49,660 nucleotides of DNA from Bdellovibrionota bacterium (lineage in GTDB: Bacteria; Bdellovibrionota; UBA1018; UBA923): the NCBI GenBank assembly GCA_040754655.1, contig JBFMCE010000011.1, forward strand, positions 1 to 49,660, given 5' to 3'. This document shows, piece after piece, positions 45,885-49,660 of the stretch; the first letter of the stretch is position 1, and every line of letters begins with the position of its first letter. The translations under genes and the position numbers were made by a program. The notes below the pieces were generated by a model. The model worked only from the letters and a program-made list of their open reading frames with translations. It was not told the DNA's origin and made no database searches.

Positions 45885-46919
45885 CTAACCTGGAAACTCA
45901 GTCACAGTGGCTGCGACACGAGCAATATCAGAAAGAGACGAGATTTCGATCTCTTTTTCGGAAATGGCTGAAGGTGTTTTTTCCAAGAGCAAGACCCGCT
46001 TGAGCGAAGCCAGGGCGATTTCAAGTTGTTCGTCAGTAGGCTCTCTCGTGGTGAGCTTTTGCAAAACAAGCCCGGGAAAAATCAAAATCTTGAAGATGGG
46101 ATTGTTCATCTTATTGGCGCTTAACCGGATGAACTCGTAGCTGATCCCGGCCACAGGCAGCATGAGCGCGATCTTGATCAAAACCAAAAGCGTGTGGTTT
46201 ACGATCGCATTCGGGCTGAGCGAGGTGGCGTTGATCAACGGAAACAAGAACGAAAAAACCAAAATGCTGATGATGAGCAAGAACAACAAAAATGAGGTGC
46301 CGCATCTGGGATGCAAGGTGGAATGCTTGCGCGCATTGGCAACTGTGAGTTCTTCTCCCATTTCGAAAGCATAGATGCTCTTGTGTTCAGCGCCATGATA
46401 CTGAAAAACGCGTTTGACGTCTTTCATCGCGGCGATCACGTAAACGTAGGTCACCAGAAAAACCACTTTGATGAAACCATCAATCAAGTGAAAGAGCGGG
46501 CTCTGCACGCCTGCCTCAAAAAAGCCCGTTCTGCCCACCAACACAGTGAGATAGTGCGGAGCCGCAACAAACAGCGCCATTCCCATGACAAAGGCAAAAA
46601 AGATGCTTGTGAAGATGGCAAAGGTTGAAAGTTCTTCGGGCTTGTCTTTGGTCGCAGGATCATGAATCACAGCGACGTTCGCAGAGTAGCTTAGCGCCTC
46701 GATCCCATTGACCATCGACTCTAGAAGAGTTGCTACGCCTCTAAGGAAGGGTTTTTTAAGCAACGGGAAACGGTCTGCCCATCCCTTCCAAGGTTGTTCT
46801 TTGATAAGAATGCGATTGTTCGGCTTGCGCACGGCAATGGCGAGAAAATGCGGTGATCGCATCATCACGCCTTCGATTACAGCTTGTCCCCCAATGCTGG
46901 TGTACTGTTTTTCGCCCAA
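45885..46919 (-). CDS. DUF1385 (YqhQ-like) membrane protein
   Basis: IGGQAVIEGVMM, FQYHGAEHK, HPRCGTSF and LQKLTTREP. Typical position between rpmE and prfA. Confidence 0.93.
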   Translation of the reverse strand: MGEKQYTSIGGQAVIEGVMMRSPHFLAIAVRKPNNRILIKEQPWKGWADRFPLLKKPFLRGVATLLESMVNGIEALSYSANVAVIHDPATKDKPEELSTFAIFTSIFFAFVMGMALFVAAPHYLTVLVGRTGFFEAGVQSPLFHLIDGFIKVVFLVTYVYVIAAMKDVKRVFQYHGAEHKSIYAFEMGEELTVANARKHSTLHPRCGTSFLLFLLIISILVFSFLFPLINATSLSPNAIVNHTLLVLIKIALMLPVAGISYEFIRLSANKMNNPIFKILIFPGLVLQKLTTREPTDEQLEIALASLKRVLLLEKTPSAISEKEIEISSLSDIARVAATVTEFPG

Positions 46920-46942
46920 GCCTCTCGCCTCGAAGTAGGTTC

Positions 46943-47152
46943 TTACTTCGTTTTCTTCTTCGCGTATTTGTTCATGAACCGCTCAACGCGGCCAGCGGTA
47001 TCAATGAGTTTCGCTTTGCCTGTGTAAAAAGGATGACATGCTGAACAGATTTCAACCTTAATATCTTCCTTCGTAGCACGCGTCTCGATCACGTTTCCGC
47101 AGGCGCAAGTCGCGGTTGTTTCCTTATAAATCGGATGAATTCCTGCTTTCAT
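46943..47152 (-). CDS. rpmE: 50S ribosomal protein L31 (Zn-binding form)
   Basis: [21 protein letters not shown] and GRVERF. GAGGAG ribosome-binding site. Confidence 0.99.
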   Translation of the reverse strand: MKAGIHPIYKETTATCACGNVIETRATKEDIKVEICSACHPFYTGKAKLIDTAGRVERFMNKYAKKKTK

Positions 47153-47193
47153 TAAAACTGCTCCTCAATTTTTCTTTGTCGAATAGCCTATGG

Positions 47194-47222
47194 CTTTTAT
47201 CAAGATTCTCGTAGGGTTGCAA
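47194..47222 (-). promoter_or_regulatory. Putative rpmE promoter
   Basis: Minus strand TTGCAA (47222-47217), 17 bp, TAAAAG (47199-47194) with TG extension. Confidence 0.4.
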
Positions 47223-47245
47223 GCCAAGCTCAAGCAAACTTTGGC

Positions 47246-48493
47246 TTAGCTATTCATGCCCTCGACGAATTCCCTGTTTGTTTTTGTTCGTGCCACTTTG
47301 TCCAATACAAACTCCATCGCATCAATAGAGTTCATAGGGTGAAGCACTTTACGTAAGATCCAGATTCTATTGAGAAAATCCTTATCATGTAACAGCTCTT
47401 CTTTGCGGGTCGCTGACTTGTTGACGTCAAGACATGGGAAAATTCTCTTCTCCATCAGTTTACGATCCAAATGGATTTCAGAGTTGCCTGTCCCTTTGAA
47501 TTCTTCAAAGATCACTTCGTCCATACGTGAGCCTGTATCTACAAGTGCGGTAGCAATAATCGTAAGGCTGCCACCTTCTTCTAGATTGCGCGCCGCACCA
47601 AAAAATCTCTTTGGTTTGTGAAGGGCATTTGAGTCAACGCCGCCCGACAGAATTTTGCCACTCGGAGGTACGACTGCATTGTAGGCACGAGCCAAACGGG
47701 TAATCGAATCCAAAAGTACAACCACATCTCGTTTGTGCTCAGCCAGGCGCTTGGCCTTTTCAAGAACCATTTCAGCGACCTGCACGTGGCGACTTGCTTG
47801 TTCATCGAAGGTCGAGCTGATGACTTCGCCTTTTACGGTGCGTTGCATGTCGGTCACTTCCTCAGGACGTTCGTCGATGAGAAGAACGATGAGGTAGATA
47901 TCAGGGTGGTTCGCGGTGATTGCATGCGCAATGTCTTGTAGAAGCACTGTTTTGCCCGCTCTTGGAGGGGCAACAATGAGACAGCGCTGGCCCATTCCCA
48001 GCGGAACAAACATATCGATGATGCGTGTGGAATAATTGGTTGGATCAAATTCCATTCGCACGCGTTTATTCGGGTAGAGCGGCGTTAAGTTATCAAACAG
48101 GATCTTCTCTTTGGATTCCAGGGGGTCCTGCATGTTGAGGTTCTCAACCTTAAGCAATGCAAAGTAGCGTTCAGAGTCTTTCGGGGGGCGAATTTGTCCT
48201 GAAATGGTATCGCCCGTGCGCAGGTTGAAGCGCCTGATCTGCGAGGGAGAAACATAGATATCGTCAGGACCTGGCAGATAGTTATAATCGGGGGAGCGTA
48301 AGAAACCGAATCCATCGGGCAGGCATTCAAGCACGCCTTCGCCATAAATAGCTTGGTTTTGTTCAGCGCTTTTTTGCAGGATGGCGAAGATGAGTTCTTG
48401 TTTGCGGAGACCAGAGGCGTTTTCGATGCCGAGCTGCTTTGCAGTTTCCGCGAGCTCGCCGATTTTCTTTTCTTTCAGTTCCTTGAGGTGCAT
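47246..48493 (-). CDS. rho: Transcription termination factor Rho
   Basis: [47 protein letters not shown] and FEEFKGTGN. Confidence 0.99.
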   Translation of the reverse strand: MHLKELKEKKIGELAETAKQLGIENASGLRKQELIFAILQKSAEQNQAIYGEGVLECLPDGFGFLRSPDYNYLPGPDDIYVSPSQIRRFNLRTGDTISGQIRPPKDSERYFALLKVENLNMQDPLESKEKILFDNLTPLYPNKRVRMEFDPTNYSTRIIDMFVPLGMGQRCLIVAPPRAGKTVLLQDIAHAITANHPDIYLIVLLIDERPEEVTDMQRTVKGEVISSTFDEQASRHVQVAEMVLEKAKRLAEHKRDVVVLLDSITRLARAYNAVVPPSGKILSGGVDSNALHKPKRFFGAARNLEEGGSLTIIATALVDTGSRMDEVIFEEFKGTGNSEIHLDRKLMEKRIFPCLDVNKSATRKEELLHDKDFLNRIWILRKVLHPMNSIDAMEFVLDKVARTKTNREFVEGMNS

Positions 48494-48616
48494 TTAGGCT
48501 CCTTGATTACTTATTATTTGTGACATTGGTAAAGGAATGATTAGGATTATAAGTTCATGGCTCAAGCAGGTATAAAGGTGATTTGGAAGCTTTACTGGTA
48601 ACGGCTTTTCTGTTCG

Positions 48617-48645
48617 TTGTCAACAGTCAGTTAAAACTATAGAAT
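48617..48645 (+). promoter_or_regulatory. Near-consensus sigma70 promoter for mltG
   Basis: TTGTCA (48617-48622), 17 bp, TAGAAT (48640-48645). The GTG start lies 6 nt further on. Confidence 0.6.
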
Positions 48646-48651
48646 GAAATT

Positions 48652-49660
48652 GTGAAACTCAACAGAGATCGTGGGATTGCCTTCATATCGGTTCTTCTTT
48701 TCCTGATCACCGCAGCCGTCGCAGGCGTGGTCTACAAGTGGTTTAGCTTCGTACTGTCGTCTGGCAGTTCGCAAAACGTTCGCACCGTTTATTATGAGGT
48801 GAAGCCGAAGGTTGGCGCCCAACGCATTGCCGAAGAGCTCGCAAGCCTCGGCGTGGTCTCGGATTCTCGTTTTTTCTACTGGTACAGCCGTATTTCAGGA
48901 AAAAGTAAAAAGTTCAGGGCCGGTGATTATCGTTTCTCAACCAAAATGACTCCTGACGAGGTGATGGCCATTTTGATGTCAGGCATCTCGTTCGGTTTGC
49001 CGCTTACCGTGCCCGAAGGCTATACGATCGCTCAAATAGCACAGGTTTTAGAGGGAATTCGTCCGGGAACGGCCGAGAGCTTCAAATCACTTTGCCAAGA
49101 CAAGCGGTTCATCAAAGGCCTTGGGTTTGCGAAATCTCCACACAGTCTTGAAGGATATCTCTTCCCCGACACTTATTCCGTGCTCCGAAACGAACCCGTG
49201 GAAGAGATCATCAGAAAAATGGTGAGAAAGTACAGGGCAGTTTACACTCCCGAGCTTGAAATGCGGGCATCTCAGCTGGGAATGACCGAGCAGCAAGTTA
49301 TTACCCTGGCGAGCATCGTCGAAAAGGAAACGGGCGCGAAACACGAAAGGCCCTTGATTGCATCGGTTTTTCATAACCGTTTGAAGAAAAAAATGCGTCT
49401 TCAGAGTGATCCTACCGTGATTTACGGCGTCAAAAACTACCAGGGAAATATCACAAGAAAGCACCTTGATGCCGTGACGCCATACAATACCTACCAGATT
49501 TCCGGTTTGCCTAAAGGACCCATCGCAAATCCGGGCAAGGAAGCTATTTTAGCCGCACTGTATCCGGTCGAGTCGACTTATCTTTATTTTGTTTCCCACA
49601 ACGACGGCACTCATGAGTTTTCTTCCACTTATGAAGATCATATGAAGGCCGTCGCGAAGT
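48652..49660 (+). CDS. mltG: Endolytic transglycosylase MltG (YceG family), 3'-truncated by the window edge and absent from the ORF track
   Basis: Manual translation: N-terminal TM, LTVPEGY, LEGYLFPDTY, LASIVEKET, ASVFHNRL...LQSDPTVIYG, YNTY..GLP.GPIANPG and YLYFV. Confidence 0.96.
   Translation, partial: MKLNRDRGIAFISVLLFLITAAVAGVVYKWFSFVLSSGSSQNVRTVYYEVKPKVGAQRIAEELASLGVVSDSRFFYWYSRISGKSKKFRAGDYRFSTKMTPDEVMAILMSGISFGLPLTVPEGYTIAQIAQVLEGIRPGTAESFKSLCQDKRFIKGLGFAKSPHSLEGYLFPDTYSVLRNEPVEEIIRKMVRKYRAVYTPELEMRASQLGMTEQQVITLASIVEKETGAKHERPLIASVFHNRLKKKMRLQSDPTVIYGVKNYQGNITRKHLDAVTPYNTYQISGLPKGPIANPGKEAILAALYPVESTYLYFVSHNDGTHEFSSTYEDHMKAVAK

Noticed and set aside
47223..47245. GCCAA...TTGGC hairpin after the rho stop as an intrinsic terminator
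   Set aside because: The stem is imperfect, there is no U-tract, and it abuts the putative rpmE -35 element.
13387..49464. Longer antisense or alternate-frame ORFs (e.g. 13387..13971 +, 28514..29173 -, 32361..32984 -, 34746..35291 +, 49087..49464 -)
   Set aside because: They overlap well-supported genes and show no recognisable motifs, so they are shadow ORFs. 49087..49464 is antisense to mltG.
1..49660. CRISPR arrays, tRNA/rRNA genes, IS elements, integrases, prophage genes, phase-variable repeat tracts
   Set aside because: None recognised. Intergenic gaps are all under about 160 bp. Homopolymer runs (up to about 9 nt) do not break any reading frame.

Overview
Bacterial chromosomal DNA, about 50% GC by eye. 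The gene order rho-rpmE-DUF1385-prfA-prmC-murA resembles Bdellovibrionota/deltaproteobacteria, but that placement is an inference. Bases 1-42361 form a large cell-surface glycan biosynthesis and modification locus with frequent strand switches, open at the left edge. Bases 42367-49660 are housekeeping genes: HIT, murA, prmC, prfA, DUF1385, rpmE, rho, and a partial mltG missed by the ORF track. The standout feature is a module at 20809-31755: transaldolase, divergent SIS isomerase, GmhB-like phosphatase, reversed HldE-like nucleotidyltransferase/kinase, three SDRs, a Gfo/Idh/MocA oxidoreductase coupled to a Cys-less UDP-glucose-dehydrogenase homologue, and a DegT aminotransferase. At family level it mirrors the lincomycin amino-octose (lincosamide) pathway (LmbR/N/K/M/Z/L/S). 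However, it uses an HldE-type activating enzyme and sits in a surface-glycan locus rather than an antibiotic cluster. Tailoring genes include an orphan TPP E1 alpha/beta pair, two cobalamin radical SAM enzymes, two 2OG-Fe(II)-like dioxygenases, two methyltransferases, three GT-C-like membrane transferases and a PglK-like ABC exporter. I found no RNA genes, CRISPR arrays or mobile elements.
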